NCBI GenBank assembly: GCA_964403135.1
Contig: CAYOFE010000001.1
Span: forward strand, 1,647 to 65,646
From: an uncultured Chromatiaceae bacterium
GTDB lineage: Bacteria; Pseudomonadota; Gammaproteobacteria; Steroidobacterales; GCA-2729495
Length of the DNA stretch: 64,000 nucleotides
Reading direction: 5' to 3'
Shown here piece after piece: positions 1 through 12,456 of the stretch (position 1 is the stretch's first letter; every line of letters starts with the position of its first letter). The position numbers and the translations under genes were made by a program. The notes under the pieces were generated by a model. That model saw only the letters and a program-made list of their open reading frames with translations, did no database searches and had not been told where the DNA came from.

Positions 1-1
1 C

Positions 2-805
2 GCCGCCGACGGCGTCGCTGCCCGTGCGCCAGCGCAGGGACCGCAATCCAGTGCTGCGCAATCGCGGATCGGCCTGCCCGGCAATCCGCCGTTCTACGAA
101 GTCGAAGGACGCCGCTATCACGTCCTCGATGACAGCGATGGCTACCTCGAGCGAGGCGTTGCTTCCTGGTACGGGCGGGAGTTCCACGGCAAACGTACCT
201 CCAATGGCGAGATCTACGACATGTATGGCCTTTCCGCCGCCCACAAGACACTGCCGCTGCCAACCATGGCGCGCGTTACCAATCTCGCCAACGGCAAAAG
301 CGTGATCGTGCGCATCAACGACCGCGGACCTTTCCGCAAGGACCGCGTGATCGACATGTCCTACGCTGCGGCGCGCGACCTCGGTATGCTCGGCGCCGGC
401 ACGACGCTGGTCGAGGTGCAGGCGCTGCCGGAGGGGGCGTCAGGAGCCGGCCCGCTAATCGGCAGCGCAGCACCCGATTTGCCGAACAAGGCGCCGGCGC
501 GGCAAAAGGAACCGCCCCGGATGTACGTGCAGGCCGGTGCATTTGGCCAGGCGGCCAATGCCGAGCAACTGAAGCGCCAGCTCGGCGAGCAGGGTATGCA
601 CAACGTGGTGATCCGTTATGATGCGCGCAGCCAGCCGGCACTGTACCGGGTTCGGGTCGGCCCTATCGCTGATGCGCGCGAGTACGACGCCGTCGTGGAC
701 CGTCTCGGCGAACTGCAGATTCGCAATCCGCAGCTGGTCGTCGAACGGGCCGATCCAGCATTGAATCCGCCGGCCAGGGATGGCGGGGCATTTCCCGGCG
801 GCTGA
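2..805 (+). CDS. rlpA: Septal-ring lytic transglycosylase RlpA, 5' end outside window
   Basis: Frame is open from the window edge; listed ORF 221-805 starts at an internal Met. DPBB motifs SWYGREFHGKRTSNGEIYD and VRINDRGPF, with a SPOR-like C-terminus. rlpA-dacC order as in Pseudomonas. Confidence 0.9.
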   Translation, partial: AADGVAARAPAQGPQSSAAQSRIGLPGNPPFYEVEGRRYHVLDDSDGYLERGVASWYGREFHGKRTSNGEIYDMYGLSAAHKTLPLPTMARVTNLANGKSVIVRINDRGPFRKDRVIDMSYAAARDLGMLGAGTTLVEVQALPEGASGAGPLIGSAAPDLPNKAPARQKEPPRMYVQAGAFGQAANAEQLKRQLGEQGMHNVVIRYDARSQPALYRVRVGPIADAREYDAVVDRLGELQIRNPQLVVERADPALNPPARDGGAFPGG

Positions 806-842
806 TCTTGCGCCAGCGCCTATCGGACAGGAGCAAAGTCAG

Positions 843-1991
843 ATGATGAGATTGCCAGGAGCCATGGGGCTTCTTGCCGTGGCGATTTTTTCCGCGCTGG
901 CGAACGCTGCTGCCCCGCCGCCCCCGGCGGTCGAGGCCCGGTCGCACATTCTGGTCGACTTCCAGACCGGTAAAGTGCTCGCCAGCGGCAACGAGAACCA
1001 GCGCGTGGAGCCCGCGAGCATCACCAAGCTGATGACCGCGTATGCGGTATTCCGCGCCCTTAAGTCCGGATCGGCGAAACTGACCGACGAGGCCTTCATC
1101 AGCGAGCGGGCCTGGCGCACCGGCGGTGCGGTCTCAGGTGGCTCCGCGACGTTTCTGCCGCTCAACAGCCGCGTGCCGATCGAGGTGCTGCTGAAAGGCA
1201 TGATCATCCAGTCCGGCAACGATGCCAGCATCGCGCTCGCCGAGCACATCGGCGGCAGCGAAGAGGCGTTCGCGGACCAGATGAACCAGTACGCGCGCGA
1301 GCTCGGCATGACCGGTACTCACTACACCAACAGCCCGGGACTGCCCGACCCCGAGCACTACACGACCGCCGCGGACATCGCCATCCTCGCCCGGGCCATG
1401 ATCCGCGAATTCCCCGACTACTATCGCTGGTACTCGCAGAAGGACTACACCTACAACGGCATCAAGCAGGGCAATCGCAACCTGCTGCTGTACCGCGACC
1501 CGACCGTCGACGGAATCAAGACAGGCCATACGGAAAGCGCCGGCTACTGCCTCGCCTCCTCGGCGATACGCAACGACATGCGGCTGATCGCAGTGGTGAT
1601 GGGCACGAAGAGCCCCGATGCGCGGGCCAAGGCTTCGCTGGAACTCCTCAACTGGGGCTTTCGCGCCTGGGAGAGCAAGCGGCTCTATGAGAAAGGCACG
1701 CAACTGACCGAAGCGCGCGTCTGGAAGGGCACGGTCGAGAAGACCGGCCTTGGCCTCAAGGAGGAGATCTGGGTGACGGTCCCGCGAGGTTCACTGCCGC
1801 AGATCCAGGCCGCGGTGCAGGCACCGCGCGACATCGTCGCCCCGGTCGCTGCCGCGGCAGAAATCGGCCGCCTGCAGCTGACGCTCGGCGGCGAGAAGCT
1901 CGCCGATGCGCCGCTCGTCGCGCTGACACCAGTCGGAGAAGGCTCGCTGTGGCGGCAGGCGGTCGACACGGTACTGCTCTGGTTCGAGTAG
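843..1991 (+). CDS. dacC: D-alanyl-D-alanine carboxypeptidase (PBP5/6 family)
   Basis: ORF 780-1991 with start moved to ATG 843, which has an upstream GGAG and signal peptide MMRLPGAMGLLAVAIFSALANA. Motifs SITK (SxxK), SGN and KTG present. Confidence 0.9.
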   Translation: MMRLPGAMGLLAVAIFSALANAAAPPPPAVEARSHILVDFQTGKVLASGNENQRVEPASITKLMTAYAVFRALKSGSAKLTDEAFISERAWRTGGAVSGGSATFLPLNSRVPIEVLLKGMIIQSGNDASIALAEHIGGSEEAFADQMNQYARELGMTGTHYTNSPGLPDPEHYTTAADIAILARAMIREFPDYYRWYSQKDYTYNGIKQGNRNLLLYRDPTVDGIKTGHTESAGYCLASSAIRNDMRLIAVVMGTKSPDARAKASLELLNWGFRAWESKRLYEKGTQLTEARVWKGTVEKTGLGLKEEIWVTVPRGSLPQIQAAVQAPRDIVAPVAAAAEIGRLQLTLGGEKLADAPLVALTPVGEGSLWRQAVDTVLLWFE

Positions 1992-1998
1992 CCCGAGC

Positions 1999-2847
1999 AT
2001 GGCCAGAGCTCTGCCGATTGCGCACCTGAACGGCGCGTTTCTGCCCATCGAGCAGGCGCGCATCTCGCCGCTCGACCGGGGTTTTCTCTTCGGCGATGCA
2101 ATCTACGAAGTGATACCGGTATTCGGCGGCCGGCCGCTGCTGCTCGACGAGCACCTGGGCCGCATGGAACGCAGCCTGGCCGAAACCCGCATCCGCTCGC
2201 CGCACGATGCCAGCGGCTGGCGCGCACTGGTCCATACGCTGATCGAGCGCAACGGCGGCGGCGACATGAGCATTTACCTGCAGGTGAGCCGCGGCGCCGA
2301 CACCGGTCGCGATCACGGGTTTCCGGCCTCAGTCCCACCCACGGTGTTCGGCATGGCCAGTCCGATGGCGCGGCCCGACCTGGCCAATGCCGGCGTCAGG
2401 GCGATCACTTCCGCCGATACGCGCTGGGCGCGCTGCGACATCAAGTCCACCTCGCTGCTCGCCAACATCCTGCTGCGCCAGGTGGCGGTGGAGGCCGGCG
2501 CCAGCGAAGTGATATTGATTCGCGACGGCAACGTCACCGAGGGCTCGGCAAGCTCGGTGGTGATCGTCGAGGGCAAGCGGCTAGCGACGCGGCCGAACGG
2601 CCCGGAAATCCTGCCCGGCACCACGATCCGGCTGGTCCGCGATCTGGCGCGCGAGTGCGGCTGCAGCTTCAATGAAGAAATGATCACCGAGGGCCGGCTG
2701 CGCGGCGCTGATGAAATCTGGGTGATGGGCGCGGTGCGCGGCATTTCGCCGATCACGCATCTCGACGGCCAGGCGGTCGGCGCCGGCGTGCCGGGACCCG
2801 TCTGGCGCGCGGTGGCAGAGCGCTATGAAGCCTGTAAACGCGCCTGA
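1999..2847 (+). CDS. dat: D-amino-acid transaminase (fold-type IV aminotransferase)
   Basis: Motifs RGFLFGDAIYEV, RWARCDIKSTSLL and VTEGSASSV line up with my memory of Bacillus D-amino-acid aminotransferase. Confidence 0.75.
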   Translation: MARALPIAHLNGAFLPIEQARISPLDRGFLFGDAIYEVIPVFGGRPLLLDEHLGRMERSLAETRIRSPHDASGWRALVHTLIERNGGGDMSIYLQVSRGADTGRDHGFPASVPPTVFGMASPMARPDLANAGVRAITSADTRWARCDIKSTSLLANILLRQVAVEAGASEVILIRDGNVTEGSASSVVIVEGKRLATRPNGPEILPGTTIRLVRDLARECGCSFNEEMITEGRLRGADEIWVMGAVRGISPITHLDGQAVGAGVPGPVWRAVAERYEACKRA

Positions 2848-3106
2848 GGACAGTTCGCCACTGACGTTTCCCTGCGCCTTTCCGATCAAGGCGGTGGGCC
2901 GGCACGACGCGCAGTTCGAGGCCCACGTCATCGAGCTGATTCGCCCGCACGTCGGCGAAATTCTGCTGCACCAGGTGCGGTCACGGCCGAGCAGTAACGG
3001 GCGATTTCTCGCAGTGACCGTCACCATTCAGGCCGAGAGCCGCGACCAGCTCGACAACATTTATCGCAGCCTCACGGCCAGCGAGTTCGTGTTGTTCGTC
3101 CTCTGA
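2825..3106 (+). CDS. ybeD: YbeD/DUF493 family protein
   Basis: 93 aa with FPCAFPIKAVG motif. Sits between dac and lipB as in the conserved dacA-ybeD-lipB arrangement. Confidence 0.8.
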   Translation: MKPVNAPEDSSPLTFPCAFPIKAVGRHDAQFEAHVIELIRPHVGEILLHQVRSRPSSNGRFLAVTVTIQAESRDQLDNIYRSLTASEFVLFVL

Positions 3107-3753
3107 TGAACGGTATCGTCGTGCGCCGCCCCGGTATCGTGGACTACCGCACAGCCCACGCCGAAATGATGCGCTTCACCGATGCGCGCGGTGCCGATAC
3201 GCCGGATGAAATCTGGCTGCTCGAGCACCGGCCGGTGTTCACACTCGGGCTGAATGCCGATCGCGTGCATCTTCTGGAGCCGGGCGACATCCCGGTGGAG
3301 CAGGCCGACCGCGGCGGGCAGGTCACCTACCACGGTCCCGGGCAGCTGGTGGTTTACGTGCTGCTCGATCTCGATCGAGCCCGACTTGGCATCCGTCGCC
3401 TCGTCACGGCGCTCGAAACCGCGACGATCGCCACGCTCGCCGGCTACGGTATCGAGGCGGCCGGACGGCGCGATGCGCCCGGCGTGTACGTCGCGGGCGC
3501 CAAGATCGCCAGCCTCGGCCTGCGCGTGCGCCGGCACTGCAGCTATCACGGCCTGGCGCTGAACGTGGCGATGAATCTCGAACCGTTCAGCCGCATCAAT
3601 CCCTGCGGCTATCGCAATCTCCAGGTCACGATGATTGCGGCGCTCGGCGGGCCGGCCGATGTCGGTCGCGTGGCCGAGGACCTGTTGCCGCATCTGCTGG
3701 CGACTCTCGATACGGGCCCGCGTCACTCGCAGGAGCGGCGTATGTCGCGATAG
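3106..3753 (+). CDS. lipB: Octanoyltransferase (lipoyl(octanoyl) transferase)
   Basis: RGGQVTYHGPGQLVVY hallmark. ATG overlaps the ybeD stop (TGATG). Confidence 0.9.
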   Translation: MNGIVVRRPGIVDYRTAHAEMMRFTDARGADTPDEIWLLEHRPVFTLGLNADRVHLLEPGDIPVEQADRGGQVTYHGPGQLVVYVLLDLDRARLGIRRLVTALETATIATLAGYGIEAAGRRDAPGVYVAGAKIASLGLRVRRHCSYHGLALNVAMNLEPFSRINPCGYRNLQVTMIAALGGPADVGRVAEDLLPHLLATLDTGPRHSQERRMSR

Positions 3754-3778
3754 CCGAGCGCCATCAAACCAGGCGTGA

Positions 3779-4132
3779 GCGGCCTTGCGGCGATGCGCCT
3801 CTCGCAACCTTTCCACGCTCGTTCGGACAGTCCCGTTTGCCCTGCCGGCTTGCGCAGGGGGGCTGCCACGGGTCGCTCGGGATAACCCCCTCGGTAAAGC
3901 TCGCTGGGGAAAAGGGGACGGACTTTAAGTCTGTCCCCATTGGTCCACGTATCGACGCCGCATCAGCGGCCGTAGGCGATGATGCCTCGGACGAGCCGGT
4001 CATGGTCATTTGACCGGGGCAAGCTGGGATGCCGGCCCGCTCCAGGTGGGCCGGCGACGGCTTGCAGGCTTCAGTCACTACCGTACGCAGCCGAAGCGCC
4101 GGCTCGGGAGAGGCGCATCGCCGAGAGGCCGC
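3779..4132. repeat. MITE-like non-coding structured repeat (copy A)
   Basis: Imperfect terminal inverted repeats 3779-3803 and 4108-4132 (23/25 complementary). Internal hairpin at 3914-3938. Modules 3828-3853 and 3964-4088 recur at 26179-26204 and 26508-26630. No credible ORF. Confidence 0.6.
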
Positions 4133-4141
4133 TTGCGGCTA

Positions 4142-7108
<2,967 letters not shown>

Positions 7109-7114
7109 ATTCCC

Positions 7115-8416
7115 ATGCCCTTATTACCCCGGATACTGCTTGCGGCAGCACTGGTGAGCGCCGCGGCGGCCCATGCCCAGGAGCGCAGCCTGTCGGACCG
7201 CGGCGAACTGCTCGACGGCATCGCGGCAGTCGTCAACGACGGCGTGGTGCTGAAAAGCGAGCTGCAGGTCGAGATGACGCGCATCGTCGAGAGGCTGCGC
7301 AAGCAGGGTACGCAGCTGCCGTCCGAGCGGGTCCTGGCCCAGCAGGTGCTCGAACGGCTGGTCATCAACCGCATCCAGCTGCAGCGCGCCGACCGGGTCG
7401 GCATCCAGGTGTCGGACGAAACGCTGAACGGCGCGCTGGCCAACATCGCGCAACGCAACAACGTCTCGCTCGAGCAGTTACCCGCTCTGCTCGCGCGCGA
7501 GGGCATCGATTACCAGACGTACCGCCGCGAGATGCGCGACCAGATCGCTCTGGAGCAGCTCCGCCAGCGCGACGTGGTGGGGAAGATCATCGTCACGCCT
7601 CGCGAGATCGACGAGTACCTGGCGCGGCAGGCCGGCCGCGCCGCCTTCAACCAGGAATACAACTTATCGCATATCCTGGTATCGATGTCGGGCACCGCAA
7701 CGCCGGAAGCCGTCGCAGCGGCCGAAAAAAAGGCGGCCGACATCTACAACCGCATCAAGGCGGGCGAAGACTTCGCACAGCTGGCCGTGACCTATTCGGA
7801 TGGCCAGCAGGCTCTGGAGGGCGGCGCACTCGGCTGGCGCAAGGGCGATGAGCTGCCCACGCTGTTCGTCGACGTGGTGCCCGGGCTGGAAAAAGGCCAG
7901 GTTTCCGAACCGATCCGCAGTGCCAGTGGCTTTCACATCGTCAAGCTCAACGACCGGCGCGGCGGCGAGCCGATCATGGAGAGCCAGGTCCATGCCCGGC
8001 ACATCCTGCTCAAGCCCAACGAGATCCTCGACAACGACGCGGTGCGCGAGAAACTCAAAGCGATTCGCGAGCAGATCGTCAAAGGCGATGACTTCGCCGC
8101 GGTCGCCAAGGCGGTTTCCGAAGACCCCGGCTCCAGGACCGACGGTGGCGATCTCGGCTGGACTGGCGGCTCGGACCTCGTTCCGGAATTCCAGGCGGTG
8201 CTCGACAAGCTCGACATCAACGACATCAGCGAGCCCTTCCAGAGCCGCTTCGGCTGGCACATCGTGCAGCTGCTCGGCCGGCGCGTGCAGGACACCACCG
8301 AGGAAACCCGCCGCCAGCAGGCAGGGCTTGCGATCCGCAACAGCAAGCTCGGCGAAGAGACCGAGCTGTGGACGCGGCGGCTGCGCGACCAGGCGTTCGT
8401 TGAGTACCGCATCTGA
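7115..8416 (+). CDS. surA: Periplasmic chaperone / peptidyl-prolyl isomerase SurA
   Basis: Signal peptide, SurA N-domain and two parvulin domains. lptD-surA-pdxA synteny. Confidence 0.95.
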   Translation: MPLLPRILLAAALVSAAAAHAQERSLSDRGELLDGIAAVVNDGVVLKSELQVEMTRIVERLRKQGTQLPSERVLAQQVLERLVINRIQLQRADRVGIQVSDETLNGALANIAQRNNVSLEQLPALLAREGIDYQTYRREMRDQIALEQLRQRDVVGKIIVTPREIDEYLARQAGRAAFNQEYNLSHILVSMSGTATPEAVAAAEKKAADIYNRIKAGEDFAQLAVTYSDGQQALEGGALGWRKGDELPTLFVDVVPGLEKGQVSEPIRSASGFHIVKLNDRRGGEPIMESQVHARHILLKPNEILDNDAVREKLKAIREQIVKGDDFAAVAKAVSEDPGSRTDGGDLGWTGGSDLVPEFQAVLDKLDINDISEPFQSRFGWHIVQLLGRRVQDTTEETRRQQAGLAIRNSKLGEETELWTRRLRDQAFVEYRI

Positions 8417-9428
8417 TCTGCCCCGCATTGCTCTGACACCGGGCGAGCCGGCCGGCGTTGGCCCGGACCTCGCGCTGATGATCGCGCGCGAGTCATGGCC
8501 CGTCGATGTCGTCGCCATCGCCGATCCTGGACTGCTCGACGCGCGGGCCCGGGCGCTCGGCCTTCGCTTGCGCATCGAGCCCTGGCAAGCGGATCAACCC
8601 GCTGCGCCCGCCGGCGCTGGCCACCTGCGAGTTCGCCCGGTACCTTTGCGCGCGGCCTGCCGCCCGGGCCATCCCGATCCCGCCAACGCCGAGTACGTGC
8701 TCGAAACGCTGCGCGTTGCCGCGGAAGGCTGCATGCGTGGCGAGTTCCACGCGATGGTCACCGCGCCGGTGCACAAGGGCGTGATCAATGACGCGGGGTT
8801 TCGTTTTTCCGGTCACACCGAGTACCTGGCCGAACTCACCGGCACCGCGGAACCGGTGATGATGCTCGTCGCCGGCGACCTGCGCGTTGCGCTGCTGACC
8901 ACGCACCTGCCGCTGCGCGAGGTGGCCAGGCAGGTGACGGGCCCGCGGGTCGAGAGCACCGTCCGCATTGTGCATGACTGCCTCGAGCGCATTTTCGGCA
9001 TTGTCGCGCCGCAGATCGCGGTGCTCGGGCTCAATCCCCATGCCGGCGAGTCGGGCCATCTCGGCACGGAGGAGCGCGACATCATCGAGCCCGCGCTCGA
9101 CCGGTTGCGGGTTGCAGGAGTTCCCGTCATCGGCCCCCTGCCTGCCGACAGCGCCTTCACGCGCGAACGCCTCGCGCAGTTCGATGCGGTGCTCGCCATG
9201 TACCACGACCAGGGCCTGCCCGTCCTCAAGCACATCGGCTTTGGTGACGCCGTTAACCTCACGCTCGGGCTGCCCATCATCCGCACGTCCGTGGACCACG
9301 GCACCGCCGTCGAACTCGCGGGCACCGGGCATGCCGACCCCGGCAGCCTGCGCGCGGCGCTGCGCCTGGCCGTCGATCTCGTCAGGCAATCGGCCAGTGC
9401 GCATCGACGCTCGGCTGCGCGCGCCTGA
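8400..9428 (+). CDS. pdxA: 4-hydroxythreonine-4-phosphate dehydrogenase
   Basis: Family-like sequence begins at RIALTPGEPAGVGPDL. Candidate TTG start at 8400 overlaps the surA stop. The upstream part of ORF 7800-9428 is an out-of-frame overlap with surA. Confidence 0.9.
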   Translation: MSTASDLPRIALTPGEPAGVGPDLALMIARESWPVDVVAIADPGLLDARARALGLRLRIEPWQADQPAAPAGAGHLRVRPVPLRAACRPGHPDPANAEYVLETLRVAAEGCMRGEFHAMVTAPVHKGVINDAGFRFSGHTEYLAELTGTAEPVMMLVAGDLRVALLTTHLPLREVARQVTGPRVESTVRIVHDCLERIFGIVAPQIAVLGLNPHAGESGHLGTEERDIIEPALDRLRVAGVPVIGPLPADSAFTRERLAQFDAVLAMYHDQGLPVLKHIGFGDAVNLTLGLPIIRTSVDHGTAVELAGTGHADPGSLRAALRLAVDLVRQSASAHRRSAARA

Positions 9429-9435
9429 ACCGCGG

Positions 9436-10230
9436 ATGCCGGCCGCTTCGCACACCCGGCCGCGCAAGTCGCTCGGCCAGCATTTCCTGCACGACCCGGC
9501 CATTATCGAACGCATCGTCAACGCCGTTGCGCCGACGCCGTCAGATCACCTGATCGAGATCGGGCCGGGCCGCGGTGCGATCACGGTGCCGCTGCTCGGG
9601 ATCGTCCGCCGACTCGACGTCGTGGAACTCGACCGCGAGCTGGCCGCCGCGCTGCAGGTAAAATTCGACCGGCCCGGATTCACCGTGCACCGCGCCGATG
9701 CGCTGAAGTTCGATTTCCGGTCACTCGCCACGGCACCTCGCGCGCTGCGGCTGGTGGGCAACCTGCCCTACAACATCTCGACACCGTTGCTGTTCCACCT
9801 GCTCGACCAGGCGGAGGTCTTCAGCGATCTGCACCTCATGCTGCAGAAAGAAGTCGTGGAGCGCATGGTCGCCGCCCCCGGCTCGAAGACTTACGGGCGG
9901 CTCACCGTGGCGCTCGCCGCGCGCTGCCGCGTGGAGAAGCTGTTCATCATCCGACCCGGCGCTTTCGCCCCGCCGCCGCGCGTGGACTCGGCCTTCGCCC
10001 GGATCATTCCCGACGCAGCCCTCGCTTCGCGCATCGCCGACCCAGCTGCGTTCAACCGCATCGTGACCGCCGCGTTCTCGATGCGCCGCAAGCGACTTGG
10101 CAATGCCCTGCGCACGCATCTGACCGAGGCACAGATCGAGGCCGTCGGGGCGGACCCCGGCGTACGCGCCGAAAATGTGACGCCGGAGCAGTACGTGCGG
10201 ATGTCGAACCGGCTCGCATCGGGACATTGA
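9436..10230 (+). CDS. rsmA: 16S rRNA (adenine1518/1519-N6)-dimethyltransferase
   Basis: MPAASHTRPRKSLGQHFLHD and IEIGPGRGAIT motifs, with ATG at 9436. Confidence 0.95.
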   Translation: MPAASHTRPRKSLGQHFLHDPAIIERIVNAVAPTPSDHLIEIGPGRGAITVPLLGIVRRLDVVELDRELAAALQVKFDRPGFTVHRADALKFDFRSLATAPRALRLVGNLPYNISTPLLFHLLDQAEVFSDLHLMLQKEVVERMVAAPGSKTYGRLTVALAARCRVEKLFIIRPGAFAPPPRVDSAFARIIPDAALASRIADPAAFNRIVTAAFSMRRKRLGNALRTHLTEAQIEAVGADPGVRAENVTPEQYVRMSNRLASGH

Positions 10231-10306
10231 CCGCCGTCACAATCCGGCACAAGCGCTGTGCGCCAATCGATGGAACATAGCCCTCCCCGCCCGCACAATC
10301 CCGCTC

Positions 10307-11164
10307 ATGTGCCGATTTGCGTTCTACAAGGGCAAGCCGCTGCATCTGCGCATGCTCCTCACGGAGCCTGAGCACTCGCTCATTCACCAGAGCTACCACG
10401 CGCGCGAGCGCGACGAGCCGCTGAACGGCGACGGCTTCGGCGTGGCCTGGTACGCCGAGGGCCATGACGAGCCGGCGCTGTTCCGATCGGTGACCCCGGC
10501 CTGGAGCAACCAGAACCTGCGGGAACTGGCGCGTGTCACCGAGAGCCATTGCGTGCTCGCGCATGTGCGGGCCGCCACCCAGGGACTGCAGGTCGCCGAG
10601 CCTAACTGCCACCCCTTCCGTCGCGACCGCTACGCGTTCATGCACAACGGCGACATCGGCGGCTTCGCACAGATTCGCCGCCACCTGATCGGCGAACTGA
10701 GCGATGACTCGTTCAATGCCATTCGCGGCACTACCGATTCGGAGCACTTCTTCGCGCTGCTGTGCGACGAGCTGGCGGCGGGTCCCGCGCATGCGACCTC
10801 AGCACAGATGGCGGATGCATTGCGGCGCGCCATCCGGCGCGTCCTCGCAATGGTGAGCCGCCATGCACCCGACGAGCACATCTACCTGAACGCCGTGCTC
10901 ACCGACGGCAATGCCGCAGTCGCCTGCCGGTATACCACCGACCGGCAGGAGAACGCCGACACGCTGTACACCAACTCGGGCCGGCGTTACATCTGCGACG
11001 ATGGCGTATGCCGCATGCTCGACCCTGGCGAGCAAAATGGCAGCGCGGTGATGGTGAGCTCCGAGCCGCTCAGCAGCGATACCGGCTGGTCGCCGGTGGC
11101 GATAAACCATTTGATCCGCATCGAGCCCAACCTGACGCTGATCGGCGAACCCGTGGGCGTCTGA
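10307..11164 (+). CDS. Class II (Ntn) glutamine amidotransferase family protein
   Basis: N-terminal Met-Cys nucleophile (MCRF), plus LNGDGFGVAWY and HVRAAT motifs. YafJ/EgtC-like. Confidence 0.8.
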   Translation: MCRFAFYKGKPLHLRMLLTEPEHSLIHQSYHARERDEPLNGDGFGVAWYAEGHDEPALFRSVTPAWSNQNLRELARVTESHCVLAHVRAATQGLQVAEPNCHPFRRDRYAFMHNGDIGGFAQIRRHLIGELSDDSFNAIRGTTDSEHFFALLCDELAAGPAHATSAQMADALRRAIRRVLAMVSRHAPDEHIYLNAVLTDGNAAVACRYTTDRQENADTLYTNSGRRYICDDGVCRMLDPGEQNGSAVMVSSEPLSSDTGWSPVAINHLIRIEPNLTLIGEPVGV

Positions 11165-11214
11165 ATCCCGGGCCGAGCGGGGCAAACGGGCCGCGCCCCG
11201 GTTAAGATAGGCGC

Positions 11215-11592
11215 ATGCACCGCGGCGATGAGATCGAGATCGAAGTCGAGAGCGCCTACCTGCCGGACCAGTCCGACCCGGGGGCGCCACGTTACGTGTT
11301 TGCCTACACCGTGAGTATCCGCAACCGCGGCTCCGCGGCGGCCACATTGCTGACCCGGCGCTGGGTCATCACGGATGCCAATGGCAAGGTGCGCGAGGTC
11401 GAGGGCCAGGGCGTGGTCGGCGAGCAGCCGTGCATCCCGCCCGGCGAGACGCACCGCTACTCCAGTGGCACGGTCATCGAGACACCGGTCGGCGTCATGG
11501 AAGGCATGTACGGCATGCTCGGCGAGGACGGCGTGTCGTTTCCCGCGCCGATTCCGGCCTTCCGGCTCGCCGTGCCCGGCATCGTGCACTGA
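11215..11592 (+). CDS. apaG: ApaG (DUF525) protein
   Basis: 125 aa with RYVFAYTVSIRN and RRWVITDANG motifs. Precedes apaH. Confidence 0.9.
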   Translation: MHRGDEIEIEVESAYLPDQSDPGAPRYVFAYTVSIRNRGSAAATLLTRRWVITDANGKVREVEGQGVVGEQPCIPPGETHRYSSGTVIETPVGVMEGMYGMLGEDGVSFPAPIPAFRLAVPGIVH

Positions 11593-11631
11593 CGGCGCAG
11601 GTTGCCGCCGCCACGCGCCGGCGCTGAATTC

Positions 11632-12456
11632 ATGGCCGTTTACGCGATCGGCGACGTCCAGGGCTGCTACGACGAGCTCGGACGCCTGCTCGATGCGCTG
11701 AAGACCGACCCGGCCGAGGACGAACTCTGGTTCGTCGGCGACCTGGTGAACCGCGGACCCGCTTCCCTCGAAGTCCTGCGACTCGTGAAATCTCTCGGCC
11801 GGGCCGCCGTTGTCGTGCTCGGTAATCATGATCTGCATCTGCTGGCCTTCGCGCATGGCCGCGAGGGTGTCGACGCGGAACTGCGCCCGGTGCTGGATGC
11901 GCCGGATGCCGCCGAGCTGATCGACTGGCTGCGCCAGCGGCCGCTCGCGCACTACCGGCCGGATCTCAACACGCAGATGGTGCACGCCGGCGTGCCGCCG
12001 GAGTGGGACCCGCTGCAGACCGTAAAGCTGGCGCGCGAGGTGGAAAGCGTGCTGCGCGGATCAGGCTGCGGCGCGTTCCTTGCCGCGATGTACGGCAACC
12101 GCCCGGAGCGCTGGTCAGCGGAGCTCGCTGGCATCGACCGCCTGCGTTTCATCGTCAATTGCCTGACCCGCGCCCGCTACTGCCACCGCGACGGGCGCAT
12201 GGACTTCCAGCACAACGGGCCGCCCGGTTCACAACCGCCGGAGCTCGTTCCCTGGTTCGACCTGCCCGGCCGCGCCACGCAGGCGGTGCGCATGGTGTTC
12301 GGGCACTGGTCCTCGCTCGGGCTGGTGCAGCAGGCGAACCTGATCGGCCTCGACACCGGTTGCGTGTGGGGACGCAGCCTCAGCGCGGTGCGCCTCGACG
12401 GCCCGGCGCGGATTTACTCCGTACCCTGCCGCTGCTACAGGCCGCTGGGCGCCTGA
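11632..12456 (+). CDS. apaH: Bis(5'-nucleosyl)-tetraphosphatase, symmetrical
   Basis: MAVYAIGDVQGCYDEL and GDLVNRGP metallophosphatase motifs. Start moved to ATG 11632. Confidence 0.95.
   Translation: MAVYAIGDVQGCYDELGRLLDALKTDPAEDELWFVGDLVNRGPASLEVLRLVKSLGRAAVVVLGNHDLHLLAFAHGREGVDAELRPVLDAPDAAELIDWLRQRPLAHYRPDLNTQMVHAGVPPEWDPLQTVKLAREVESVLRGSGCGAFLAAMYGNRPERWSAELAGIDRLRFIVNCLTRARYCHRDGRMDFQHNGPPGSQPPELVPWFDLPGRATQAVRMVFGHWSSLGLVQQANLIGLDTGCVWGRSLSAVRLDGPARIYSVPCRCYRPLGA

Noticed and set aside
7800-9435. Long 5' extensions of the pdxA (7800) and rsmA (8968) ORFs
   Set aside because: The extensions overlap the preceding genes out of frame and are not family-like. Family-consistent starts lie at about 8400 and at 9436. 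The same logic was applied to 47088 (permease), 49461 (folE), 50727 (phrB), 42727 (lipocalin), 43403 (fasciclin), 25294 (methyltransferase) and several minus-strand ORFs.
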